Shown here: piece by piece, positions 17,468 to 27,174 of the stretch
Layout: each line of letters opens with the position of its first letter
Position numbering within the stretch: position 1 is the stretch's first letter
From: Bdellovibrionota bacterium
Lineage (GTDB): Bacteria > Bdellovibrionota_C > UBA2361 > JBGSMV01
NCBI GenBank assembly: GCA_044356455.1
Contig: JBIKWF010000012.1
Coordinates: 1-62,277, forward strand
Direction: 5' to 3'
Length of the DNA stretch: 62,277 nt
The notes under the pieces: model-generated
Database searches by the model: none
The model's input: only the letters and a program-made list of their open reading frames with translations
What the model was told of the DNA's origin: nothing
Made by a program: the position numbers and the translations under genes

Positions 17468-18103
17468 TCACTTGGGACGCCGCTCTATGCCGAGCGTGCG
17501 TAAAGCCTGCAACATGAATTCGAGACGTTCCTCTATCGAACGCACAGGTACGGGCGTAACCTGATAGCCAAGATCCGAGTACACTTCTCCAAGACGCTGT
17601 GTCATTGCTGCTGTTCTACGTGCTTCGTCGGAAGTCCGAATTCCATCTTCGATGAAAGGTAGGGGTTCAAAGAGGAAGACGTGTCGATATCGTGCATTAA
17701 GCTGTGTGCTACGAAGCGCGGATGGATCTAGCTCCGCGAGCTCGTAATACACGATGCTGTCGGGGAGTGCTCTGTCGAAGATGAAGCTCATGCCTTTAGG
17801 GAGTCTGTTCTCGAGAGCGAGCTTCTTTTCCCATATCAGTTCAGAAACGAAATCACCTTTGCTGAAAAGTTCGTCGGCGGTGCACTTTTTGACTGTAAGT
17901 TCCTTTCGGATGACTAAGCGTGCAATTTCGGGCACTACATTGTACCCCAACTCCTTAAGCAGATTGGCTGTGGTGCTCTTTCCCGAACATGGGCCTCCGG
18001 TAAATACAACCCACGGAGGCTGTTGCAAGGCATCTAGGGCAGAGCCTTCCGCAGATCGAGGGGGGAGGTCTCTTCTCTCATTTATTACTTTGGTAGAATT
18101 CAT
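17468..18103 (-). CDS. AAA_28 (NadR/Ttd14-like) P-loop kinase/ATPase
   Basis: VFTGGPCSGKST, VPEIAR, FDRALPD, VFLFEPLP..DGIR. GGAG SD 8 nt before ATG 18103. Confidence 0.85.
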   Translation of the reverse strand: MNSTKVINERRDLPPRSAEGSALDALQQPPWVVFTGGPCSGKSTTANLLKELGYNVVPEIARLVIRKELTVKKCTADELFSKGDFVSELIWEKKLALENRLPKGMSFIFDRALPDSIVYYELAELDPSALRSTQLNARYRHVFLFEPLPFIEDGIRTSDEARRTAAMTQRLGEVYSDLGYQVTPVPVRSIEERLEFMLQALRTLGIERRPK

Positions 18104-18201
18104 CACCATCACTCCGTACAGTTGTGACCGGACATTAGCTGCATCGTCATCCCCAGCCCTTGTATTTCGCTCACGAGCGTGAATCCCTTGAAATATGAGG
18201 G

Positions 18202-18367
18202 CTAACCGTCATGTCTCACGGGATCCCTACGGGTCCGTGAGACTGCGCGTAAAATCCGCCGTCCTGGCGGGTTTTACGCATCGAGCACCTGCGAGCACCG
18301 CAAACATAGCGTCGCCCTCCGGTCGCGATTTGCTAACGCCGTCCGGGCTGTGAGCAGTCGCGGCTAG
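18202..18367 (+). repeat. Family B element, copy 2 (internally deleted)
   Basis: CTAA-CCGTCATGTCTCACGGGATCC...GGGCTGTGAGCAGTCGCGG-CTAG, same hairpin series as the copy at 7481. Confidence 0.85.
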
Positions 18368-18479
18368 GAGCGTGCACCTCAAAAACATGAATGTTCATGT
18401 GGCACGCAACACGCAGATGTCTGTCCCGTTATCAACGCAAAAGGTAGTGGTAGAACCGTTCTGCGGCACAGACTCCTAG
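18364..18479. mobile_element. Family C element, copy 2
   Basis: CTAG-GAGCGTGCACC...GGCACAGACTC-CTAG, colinear with 7705-7821. Confidence 0.75.
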
Positions 18480-18630
18480 GTCAGTTGATGTGTAGCATCA
18501 GAACTTTGCGGAGGCGCGCGTACGCTTCAGTACAGAATTCAGAGCGGCTCACAGAATGAGCGTCTGTAATCAATTAGCGTAAGAGTAAAGATTGGGGTGT
18601 GTTAGGTAGGTGAAGGGGGCCGAGCGTTAG

Positions 18631-19362
18631 TTAGCGAGCATTTTCTATGCGAAGGCGCCGCTGAATCATGACAAAGTCGCGTCGGTTGATGGTGCCTGGA
18701 GGAAGCCAGCCTGAGTCATTCAAAAACTCAAGGGCGGCGTTCTGCCTTTCATCAAGGCTAGGGTAGTTTGCCTTAGCCGGGGCCTGAGGAAATGAATCTC
18801 GAGCGCGGTTTTGGAAGTCCGTGCGCTGTAATGCACTAAAAGCAGCGCGCGGGTCGTAGCCTGCGGCAGCCATGACTGCAATGGCGCGCTGGTCGGCCGC
18901 GAGTTCAATGTTCTTGCGGGCCGAAGCTGAAAGAGTGTCAACTTTAAGATCGGTGTGCCCAAGCTGCTGGTGGGCTCTCTCGTGCGCAAGCACAAAGGCA
19001 AGCTCTGCTTCGTTCGCTACTGCGAGTATCATGCCTTGAGAAATAAGGATTGAGTCTTGATTCGGTGCTAGGGCAACTGGTTTGGCGGAGGCTAAGAGGG
19101 TGAGAGTGGGAAAAAGTTGTGGTGCTTCGCGGGCCGTGCGGTGATGTCGGGTCAAGGTCGCAGAGCTTAGCCTCACCAGTATTCCTTCAAGATATCTTTG
19201 AGTGAGAGGATCTTCGATTACGCCATATTGTTCTTCGAGAAGACGAGCCGAGATAAGGCTTGGCGAAGGTTTGGCGCTGCATGCGACTAAGAAGGAAGTG
19301 CTGCACAGCAGGAGAAGGAGCCGTTTACAGAGATAAATGGTGCCACGGGTTTGAGCGGTCAT
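18631..19362 (-). CDS. M48-family zinc metallopeptidase lipoprotein
   Basis: Lipobox FLVAC, EAELAFVLAHERAH (HExxH), ELAAD, AGYDP, YPS..ER. Confidence 0.85.
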   Translation of the reverse strand: MTAQTRGTIYLCKRLLLLLCSTSFLVACSAKPSPSLISARLLEEQYGVIEDPLTQRYLEGILVRLSSATLTRHHRTAREAPQLFPTLTLLASAKPVALAPNQDSILISQGMILAVANEAELAFVLAHERAHQQLGHTDLKVDTLSASARKNIELAADQRAIAVMAAAGYDPRAAFSALQRTDFQNRARDSFPQAPAKANYPSLDERQNAALEFLNDSGWLPPGTINRRDFVMIQRRLRIENAR

Positions 19363-19510
19363 GTGCCTGGCCTGATTGCTTGCTCCAGCGAGCCTAGCCC
19401 GCCCTCGCCAGTCGGGGAATCCCTGATGAATTACGAGACATTGTCGGAGTCGCATCGAGTCTCAATTCCCTTTTACTCACAAAGTTCCCTTTCCTAAGCC
19501 TTTCAGCTAC

Positions 19511-19648
19511 CTAGGGAACCTCTGAAAAACCTCGATATTTTATTTTTTTCTCTCCGTGATCTTTGTGTCCTCTGTGGTTTTTCAACAATTTAAATCAACC
19601 ACAGAGGGCACAGAGTTCACAGAGCAGACTTTTTCAGAGCTTCCCTAG
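19511..19648. mobile_element. Family A element (variant A1)
   Basis: CTAG-GGAACCTCTGAAAAA...TTTTTCAGAGCTTCC-CTAG. Confidence 0.92.
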
Positions 19649-19769
19649 AATAACCTTTCGGTAACATTCAATTTGGCCCAATTCGGTCCCCGGCAAGAAG
19701 TCACGAGAGAGCTCGAAGGCGTCATAACTCCTCTGTCTTTCTTGGTTCTATTCTTTTTTGGGGGTTTCT

Positions 19770-20213
19770 ATGGTTTTTGCGAGGGCTATTTTCACCGGAG
19801 TTTTTTCCCTTCTTCTCTGCGCGCCCGCTTTCGCTCAGCAGGTTGCAGCTGCGAAAAAAACCATCGCCGTTTGGAACGTCGGGCTTGAGCTCGACATAGG
19901 AGACTGTGATGAGAATGAGGTCACCTATCTCAGAAACAAAGAAACGCTCTCAGGTAACATAACCTTCTATGTCGCTAAGAACGGTAAGATTGAGGCTTCT
20001 GGACTTCCCGGTCGCTCGAAGTATGTCGGTTCGATCAAGGGCCGAAAATTCGTGGGGACTATTGAGGGCGGAAGTTCCGGCAGAATAAAGTCCAAAGAAA
20101 TTCTCACCATCAGCCGCTTCAAAGCGCGTCAGTCCGATGTAACCATTAAAGGAACAGCGCTCGTGAATGGTGTGCGATGCTCTTATGAGTATTTCGGCCC
20201 TGGCGCTCAGTAA
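19770..20213 (+). CDS. Secreted hypothetical protein
   Basis: Sec signal ending APAFA|QQ, beta-rich mature region with two Cys. Confidence 0.65.
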   Translation: MVFARAIFTGVFSLLLCAPAFAQQVAAAKKTIAVWNVGLELDIGDCDENEVTYLRNKETLSGNITFYVAKNGKIEASGLPGRSKYVGSIKGRKFVGTIEGGSSGRIKSKEILTISRFKARQSDVTIKGTALVNGVRCSYEYFGPGAQ

Positions 20214-20221
20214 CGCGGCTT

Positions 20222-20290
20222 CCCTTTCCCTTGGTGTTCTTTGTGTTAAAAAACAACCACTAAGAACACAAAGAGCACTGAGGAAAGGGG
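20222..20290. repeat. Family E hairpin between convergent genes, may act as terminator
   Basis: CCCTTTCC..TGGTGTTCTTTGTGTT/AACCACTAAGAACACAAAGAGCACTGAGGAAAGGG. Confidence 0.55.
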
Positions 20291-20299
20291 CTCTTTCTG

Positions 20300-21451
20300 T
20301 TAGGCCCGCTCAATGATAGTCGCTATCCCCATGCCAAGCCCAATACACATGGTAATAAGAGCGTAGCGACCTTTGGTTCTTTCAAGCTCATCAAGTGCGG
20401 TGCCAATGAGCATGGCTCCTGTGGCGCCGAGGGGATGCCCTAAGGATACCCCGCCTCCGTTTACATTGACGCGCGCGGGGTCAATCCCGAGCTCCTGGAT
20501 GGTGACCAGCGGGACAGGAGCAAACGCTTCATTTATTTCCCAAAGATCGATGTCATTCTTCGAGAGCCCGGCCCGCTTGAGTGCGAGGGTGCTTGCTGCA
20601 ATTGGTCCCGTGAGCATGATGCGCGGGGCTGAGCCCACTGCGATTGTGCTTACAATGCGGGCGCGCGGTTTTAGGTTAAGGGCCTTAGCTTTGTCTGCAC
20701 TCGCGAGCAAGAGAGCCGCTGCGCCGTCGACAATTGCGGAGGCATTCCCGGCGCTAATTACTCCTGTATCACTAAAGGCGGCCTTTAACTTTGCGAGGCC
20801 TTCAATGGTGGTGTCTCCACGCACTGTGTCGTCTTCGCTGAGGGACAGCGTTTCCCCGGTTTCTGTTCGATAGGGCACCGGTATCAGACTTCGCTTAAAG
20901 CGGCCTTCAGCGAGCGCCTTCTTTGCTTTCATCTGAGAGTGGTAAGCGAACTCGTCGGCTTGGCTGCGGGTGATCGAGTACGTTTGGCAGAGGATCTCCG
21001 CGGCCATGCCTTGCTGCACTAAATCAGGGTAGTGCGAGAGTAACAGCGGGCTGGTTTCGCCGCTGATGTCGCTAAACATCTGACAGCGTGTCATGTGTTC
21101 TAATCCACCGCTCACCACGAGGTCGTATGCTCCGCTTTGTACGCCTTGTGCGGCAAAGTTGGTGGCTTGTTGTCCGCTTCCGCAAAGACGGTTGATAGTC
21201 GTTGCGGGGACGGTAATTGGCCAGCCTGCTGCGAGAACGCTTGCACGTGCTACGCACCAGCCTTGCTCTCCGGTTTGCGTGACGCAGCCCATGGCCACAT
21301 CCTCAACTTGGTCGAGGGGAATTTTGTTCCGCTCCTTGAGCGCATTAAGGGGGTAGGTGAGAAGGTCTACGGGATGAACTGAGGTGTATTTCCCCTTCCT
21401 GCGTGCACGAGGGGTTCTCACCGCGTCAATGATGAATGCTTCGCGTGACAT
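20300..21451 (-). CDS. Thiolase (acetyl-CoA C-acyltransferase)
   Basis: NRLCGSG, NEAFA, GHPLGATG, MCIGLGMG. Confidence 0.95.
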   Translation of the reverse strand: MSREAFIIDAVRTPRARRKGKYTSVHPVDLLTYPLNALKERNKIPLDQVEDVAMGCVTQTGEQGWCVARASVLAAGWPITVPATTINRLCGSGQQATNFAAQGVQSGAYDLVVSGGLEHMTRCQMFSDISGETSPLLLSHYPDLVQQGMAAEILCQTYSITRSQADEFAYHSQMKAKKALAEGRFKRSLIPVPYRTETGETLSLSEDDTVRGDTTIEGLAKLKAAFSDTGVISAGNASAIVDGAAALLLASADKAKALNLKPRARIVSTIAVGSAPRIMLTGPIAASTLALKRAGLSKNDIDLWEINEAFAPVPLVTIQELGIDPARVNVNGGGVSLGHPLGATGAMLIGTALDELERTKGRYALITMCIGLGMGIATIIERA

Positions 21452-21495
21452 ATAGTGCGCTCCTTTATTTCCCCGTTCTCGATTGTGATGAGTAG

Positions 21496-21558
21496 GTAGG
21501 GCGCCCTGTCCCTAGGGCGCCGAAGATCTTTCGGCGCGCTGAGGACAGCGCGCCCTAC
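21496..21558. repeat. GTAG-type REP doublet (REPIN-like)
   Basis: GTAGGGCGCCCTGTCCCTAGGGCGCCG...CGGCGCGCTGAGGACAGCGCGCCCTAC. Single units also at 26929-26955 and 58657-58681. Confidence 0.8.
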
Positions 21559-21563
21559 CTGAC

Positions 21564-22286
21564 TTATCGGGAGACAAAAATATCTACTCTGCGATTCATT
21601 TGCCGCCCTTCAGCCGTGGTGTTGCTCAGTAGCGGCTGCGTGCTTCCGCGAGATTCGACGCTAATCTGATCCATGCTGATGCCGCGTGCGGCAAGGTAGG
21701 AGGCCACGGTGCGCGCACGGGCCTCTGAGAGTCTTAGATTATAGTCAGGAGTTCCTGCATCATCTGAGTGGCCTACGACTTTAATCTTGAAGGCCTTTAA
21801 ACTCGTGCGCAGTGAGTCAGCAATCGTTTCTAAATTTGCAATAGAACCGGATCGCAAACTAGATGCGTCGTCGTCAAAGAAGACTTGGCTTAGGCCTGAG
21901 GCAGATGCGCCGGCTTGGCCATTGTCGATGCTGACTTGCATGTCCTGAAGCTGGCGCTGGTTGGTGAGGCTTTGGATCTTAAGGGAAGCGAGTTGTTTCT
22001 CGAGCTTGGCTTGGGAGTCCTCGGTGCGGTCATTTGAATATCCCACCATGGCTCCAGAAACCAAACCAAAGCCGGCTCCTACGGCGGCGCCTTGGCCAGG
22101 TGAGGAGACCTGATTGCCAATCACTGCGCCTGCACCCGCTCCCCATCCCGCACCAAGCACGGCGCCCGCTACGGTTTGGTCAGAATTCGAGTTTGGTCTG
22201 CTACAGCCAATCGCTCCTGCCGCGAGAACGCAGGCAAGAGCGGACCGTGAGAGAAGCTTGGCAAGAGGAAGCGTTGAACCCGTCAT
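21564..22286 (-). CDS. OmpA-family lipoprotein with glycine zipper (YiaD-like)
   Basis: Lipobox AIGC, GAxxGA repeats, GHSD..YNLRLSEARA, NRRVDI. Confidence 0.92.
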   Translation of the reverse strand: MTGSTLPLAKLLSRSALACVLAAGAIGCSRPNSNSDQTVAGAVLGAGWGAGAGAVIGNQVSSPGQGAAVGAGFGLVSGAMVGYSNDRTEDSQAKLEKQLASLKIQSLTNQRQLQDMQVSIDNGQAGASASGLSQVFFDDDASSLRSGSIANLETIADSLRTSLKAFKIKVVGHSDDAGTPDYNLRLSEARARTVASYLAARGISMDQISVESRGSTQPLLSNTTAEGRQMNRRVDIFVSR

Positions 22287-22370
22287 AGTGACATCCCTTT
22301 CTTGAGAACTGTCCCCCATATACACCATAGAAGTGCCCCAGGGCGCCAGGTGCGACTTGCGGAGGGAAGT

Positions 22371-23945
22371 CTATTTCTTCTCGTGATTCCGGACGGTTAG
22401 CGGTTTCTTTCGCAAGCAAGAGAGCAGGCATAGGAGCGTAAGCGTCCACCAGGGGATATCCCCCACGCCTTCTGTGTAGGGAGTTTTCTCTCTTAGCAGC
22501 CTTATTTCCGACTGAAGCAGGCCCTCAGAGTACGTGGGAATTGAAGCCATGGTTTCTCCCCTAGGGGAGACGATGCCGGTAAGACCTGAGTTAGTTGAGC
22601 GAAGAAGGAAGCGCCTTGTCTCTATGGCACGAAAAGCGGCGATTAAGTGATGCTGGTAGGGGGCGATGGTATCTCCAAACCAGGCATCGTTGGTGAGGTT
22701 AATGAGGAGCTCCGCGCCCTTTTCAACCGCGCGCCGTGAAAGGCTAGGAACGACGTCTTCATAGCAGATAAGAGGAGCGGCTAAGATCTGGGGAATTCCT
22801 GAGATTCCAGAACCTGGATCGGGAACAATTTTCGGAAACTCCATCACCATTACATCTTTACCCGCGCTAAACTGTCCGCCTGCGGGGTTAAGATTGTTAA
22901 GCGCAGGGAAAATGCTTCCTCCTGGCATGTACTCCCCAAAAGGCATGAGAATCTGCTTGTGATACGGAACGGGCACAGAACCGTCTGACAGTACTTGCAT
23001 CGCACTATTAAAAAATTCTTTCTCGGACTCGTAAGTAAGGGCGCCTGTCAGGAGGTGTTTACCGGGGAAGTGGGGGATTCTTCTGTCGCGGGAGGCAAGG
23101 CCAACTCGTGCAGGAATAAAGTCCTGCACGACACTTTCGGGCCAGACTACAAGACCCGCATCAGGCGGGAGATCAGAAGTGAGACGAACATAGCGCGCTT
23201 TGTTTTCGCCGAAGAAGCGCATGTTGTGCTTCTCTTCGATGCTGATATTTGCCTGAACAAGGGCGACTTTTAGTGATTGCCCTTGGGGCGCTGCAAAATA
23301 ATTCCAGCGGGCATTTCCATAAAAGAGAAGAGCGCTGACAACAACACAGACTGCGGCGGTTCGCAAAAGACTTGTCCCTGTGTTCTCCCCTGGCGCCGGC
23401 CTTCTCCCGATAAGCCGAAAGAAACACTCAGAGACCCAGAGCAGAACGAAAGAGAGAAGCGGTACTCCCGCGAGGTCGGCAACTTGCGAGAGCGCAGGAG
23501 AACCTAGCTGTGTGTGTCCAAAGTACCAAGGGAAAATGCGGATAGAAATCCATTCTGAGCATACCCAGGCAATAGCAACTGCGAGACCTGCGCGGCTCAG
23601 CATGTCAGGGAGCCGGCGGTAGACAAAAAGAAAGACAACATTTTGCAGTGCGCTCACTGCGACAAAAAGAGCGAATACTGCGCCCGCCGCGTACCAGGGG
23701 AAGCCTCCGAAAAGTCGAATCGTGTCAAACAGCCAGTAAAACCCAAGGAGCGTTTGCACTACTCCCGCTGCATAAATTGTTTTGTAGCTGCATTGAGGGT
23801 GCAGTACGGCGCCCACAAGCGCGAGCGAACTTGCCCAGCCCAGAAGAGCGCCAAAGCTTGACCCGGGCTGCCACCAGGCAAGAGCCATGAGCAGGCCGCT
23901 GGTGAGGGCCCAAAGATATGCTTTGAGCTGGCTATTTTCTCCCAA
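22371..23945 (-). CDS. lnt: Apolipoprotein N-acyltransferase
   Basis: TM region, VQANI, VVWPES, YHK..PFGEY, ICYE, TNDAWF, RSTNSG. Confidence 0.95.
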   Translation of the reverse strand: MGENSQLKAYLWALTSGLLMALAWWQPGSSFGALLGWASSLALVGAVLHPQCSYKTIYAAGVVQTLLGFYWLFDTIRLFGGFPWYAAGAVFALFVAVSALQNVVFLFVYRRLPDMLSRAGLAVAIAWVCSEWISIRIFPWYFGHTQLGSPALSQVADLAGVPLLSFVLLWVSECFFRLIGRRPAPGENTGTSLLRTAAVCVVVSALLFYGNARWNYFAAPQGQSLKVALVQANISIEEKHNMRFFGENKARYVRLTSDLPPDAGLVVWPESVVQDFIPARVGLASRDRRIPHFPGKHLLTGALTYESEKEFFNSAMQVLSDGSVPVPYHKQILMPFGEYMPGGSIFPALNNLNPAGGQFSAGKDVMVMEFPKIVPDPGSGISGIPQILAAPLICYEDVVPSLSRRAVEKGAELLINLTNDAWFGDTIAPYQHHLIAAFRAIETRRFLLRSTNSGLTGIVSPRGETMASIPTYSEGLLQSEIRLLREKTPYTEGVGDIPWWTLTLLCLLSCLRKKPLTVRNHEKK

Positions 23946-23978
23946 AGGATCCTCTGAAAATGTTCGACTCTAACTTTC

Positions 23979-24113
23979 CTAAGGAACCTCTGAAAAACAT
24001 CGCTATTCTATTTTTTCTCAGTGAACTCTGTGTCCTCTGTGGTTTTTCAACAATTTAAATCAACCACAGAGGGCACAGAGTTCACAGAGCGGGCTTTTTC
24101 AGAGATTCCCTAA
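23979..24113. mobile_element. Family A element (A1)
   Basis: CTAA-GGAACCTCTGAAAAA...TTTTTCAGAGATTCC-CTAA. Non-palindromic CTAA is duplicated. Confidence 0.92.
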
Positions 24114-24228
24114 ATATTCACTGACTTTCGTGAACACTCGGCCTTAGCTGGACCGCTCCCTTGGTCATTCGTGTTTGTCTTTTTGGACCACAAAGGACAC
24201 GAAGGACGCAAAGGAGCAAGGTTCCAAG

Positions 24229-25542
<1,314 letters not shown>

Positions 25543-25724
25543 TCACTGTCCCGTGACTGGCTAAGATCGTCAAGCTTTTGAGTGAGTTCGGTGGATTTGC
25601 GCGGAGAGGACGAGAGGGGGAGGGGACAACCACTAAGAACACGGAGACCACAAAGGAAGCCCCAACCGAAGGCGTGTTTTTGAGGCTCCCTAAGGCACGT
25701 AAGCCAGTGTATTCTTTGCGCTGT

Positions 25725-26027
25725 ATGAAGCACTATGCCGCCATTCTCCTTATACTGAGCGCCCTTTCCGCCGCGCTGATATCGCTGGTTGGAGATGATA
25801 GCTATTCAAAGATGCGTTCGCTTGAAAAGAGCGTGGAACTTCAGCGTGAGAAAAATCTAGAACTTACGGAGACAGTTCAGGATATGCGCGGGGTGGTGCG
25901 TGGCCTGCGGTCTGATCCAAGAGCCATTGAGAAAGCTGCCCGTAATGAGCTTGGCCTCGCCAGACCGGATGAGCAGATTTTTGTTTTCGAGAAACGCTCG
26001 ACGGCGCGCGGCGCGGATGATAGGTGA
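25725..26027 (+). CDS. ftsB: Septum formation initiator (FtsB/DivIC family)
   Basis: One TM helix, coiled coil, IEKAARNELGLARPDE. Confidence 0.85.
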   Translation: MKHYAAILLILSALSAALISLVGDDSYSKMRSLEKSVELQREKNLELTETVQDMRGVVRGLRSDPRAIEKAARNELGLARPDEQIFVFEKRSTARGADDR

Positions 26028-26030
26028 GAA

Positions 26031-26168
26031 CTAGGGAACCTTTGAAAAACTCCTCCTCCGCGTACTCTGCGTCCTCTGTGGTGAAATTTTCATCAAGGAA
26101 TTCACCACGGAGGACACGGAGGTACACAGAGGTGTATTAAGAATGGAGGTTTTTCAGAGGTTCCCTAG
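26031..26168. mobile_element. Family A element (A2)
   Basis: CTAG-GGAACCTTTGAAAAA...TTTTTCAGAGGTTCC-CTAG. Confidence 0.92.
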
Positions 26169-26200
26169 GATTCATTTCTTCAAACGAGGGTGTTCGGTAC

Positions 26201-26623
26201 ATGAGCTACCCGAAAAACAATCAGGGCCGATCGGGGAGTGGGACTCGGCGTCCCTATAAGGCTCGTACTCGCGTCATGACGGGGTCTGCCAATTACTTGG
26301 TCGGCGGCGCGGCGTTACATCGCGACCCTATCCCCGTGGAACAAGTACTGAGGCGCGCACTTTCTCAGTTTGGACTTGATAAGGAGATCGCGCGTTATCG
26401 CTTCGTTCTGCATTGGAAAGAGATTGTCGGCGAAGAGATCTCAAAAATCGCCAAGCCCGAGTGCATAAAGAACCGCGCCCTTGTCGTGCGCGTTACTGAT
26501 TCCGCGTGGGCTCAGGAGCTTAGCTTTCAAAAAAGAATCATCCTCGCGCGCTTAAAAAAATTCTTGGGTAAGGATGATATTGTGGATGAGGTCCTCTTCT
26601 ATGTGGTGGGGGCGAGGGGTTGA
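26201..26623 (+). CDS. DUF721 / DciA-like protein
   Basis: WKEIVG..I...P...LVV.V.DSAWAQEL pattern. Confidence 0.8.
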   Translation: MSYPKNNQGRSGSGTRRPYKARTRVMTGSANYLVGGAALHRDPIPVEQVLRRALSQFGLDKEIARYRFVLHWKEIVGEEISKIAKPECIKNRALVVRVTDSAWAQELSFQKRIILARLKKFLGKDDIVDEVLFYVVGARG

Positions 26624-26680
26624 TTGGGGAGCCTCTGAAAGCTCGTTTGCCAATCTTCCGGGTTTTCCAGGGTAGGTTAC

Positions 26681-26831
26681 CTAAGGAACCTCTAAAAAAG
26701 TCCACTCGGTGATCCCACTCGGTGATCTCTGTGCCCTCTGTGGTTGATTTAAATTGTTGAAAAACCACAGAGGACACAGAGATCACAGAGAGAAAGAAAC
26801 AAGATATCGAGGTTTTTCAGAGGCTCCCTAC
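26681..26831. mobile_element. Family A element (A1) with internal 13-bp tandem duplication
   Basis: CTAA-GGAACCTCTAAAAAA...TTTTTCAGAGGCTCC-CTAC. CCACTCGGTGATC occurs twice at 26702-26727. Confidence 0.88.
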
Positions 26832-27174
26832 TACCCTTTGACAGTTGATCCGGCACCGCGAGGGCTCTCTCGCCGCCGCCTCCTGGCAGAGGCGGAACGC
26901 GGCAGCCTTCCTAGTGGTGTAGCGTTAGGTAGGGCGCCATGTCCTCATGGCGCCGCAAGATCTCACGCTCCGGCACGTGGTGGGTATTTGTCCAGCTCGT
27001 AGTTGTGCATTTGCTTCGCCGCCTCTGCAACCAATGTGATTTCATGAACTTAAGACTAAACGCTTCCGATTTTACTTTATTGTGCGCCTAGCAGATCTGG
27101 GAGCAATTTTCTGTTAGGTTCTTTCTCCCTGGGGGGCGGAATTGTATGTGGGACAGACTCCTAGTAGGAAAAAC

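Noticed and set aside
26860..27040. tRNA or ncRNA in the GC-rich intergenic stretch
   Set aside because: No cloverleaf or T-loop signature. A REP singlet and a short hairpin explain part of it.
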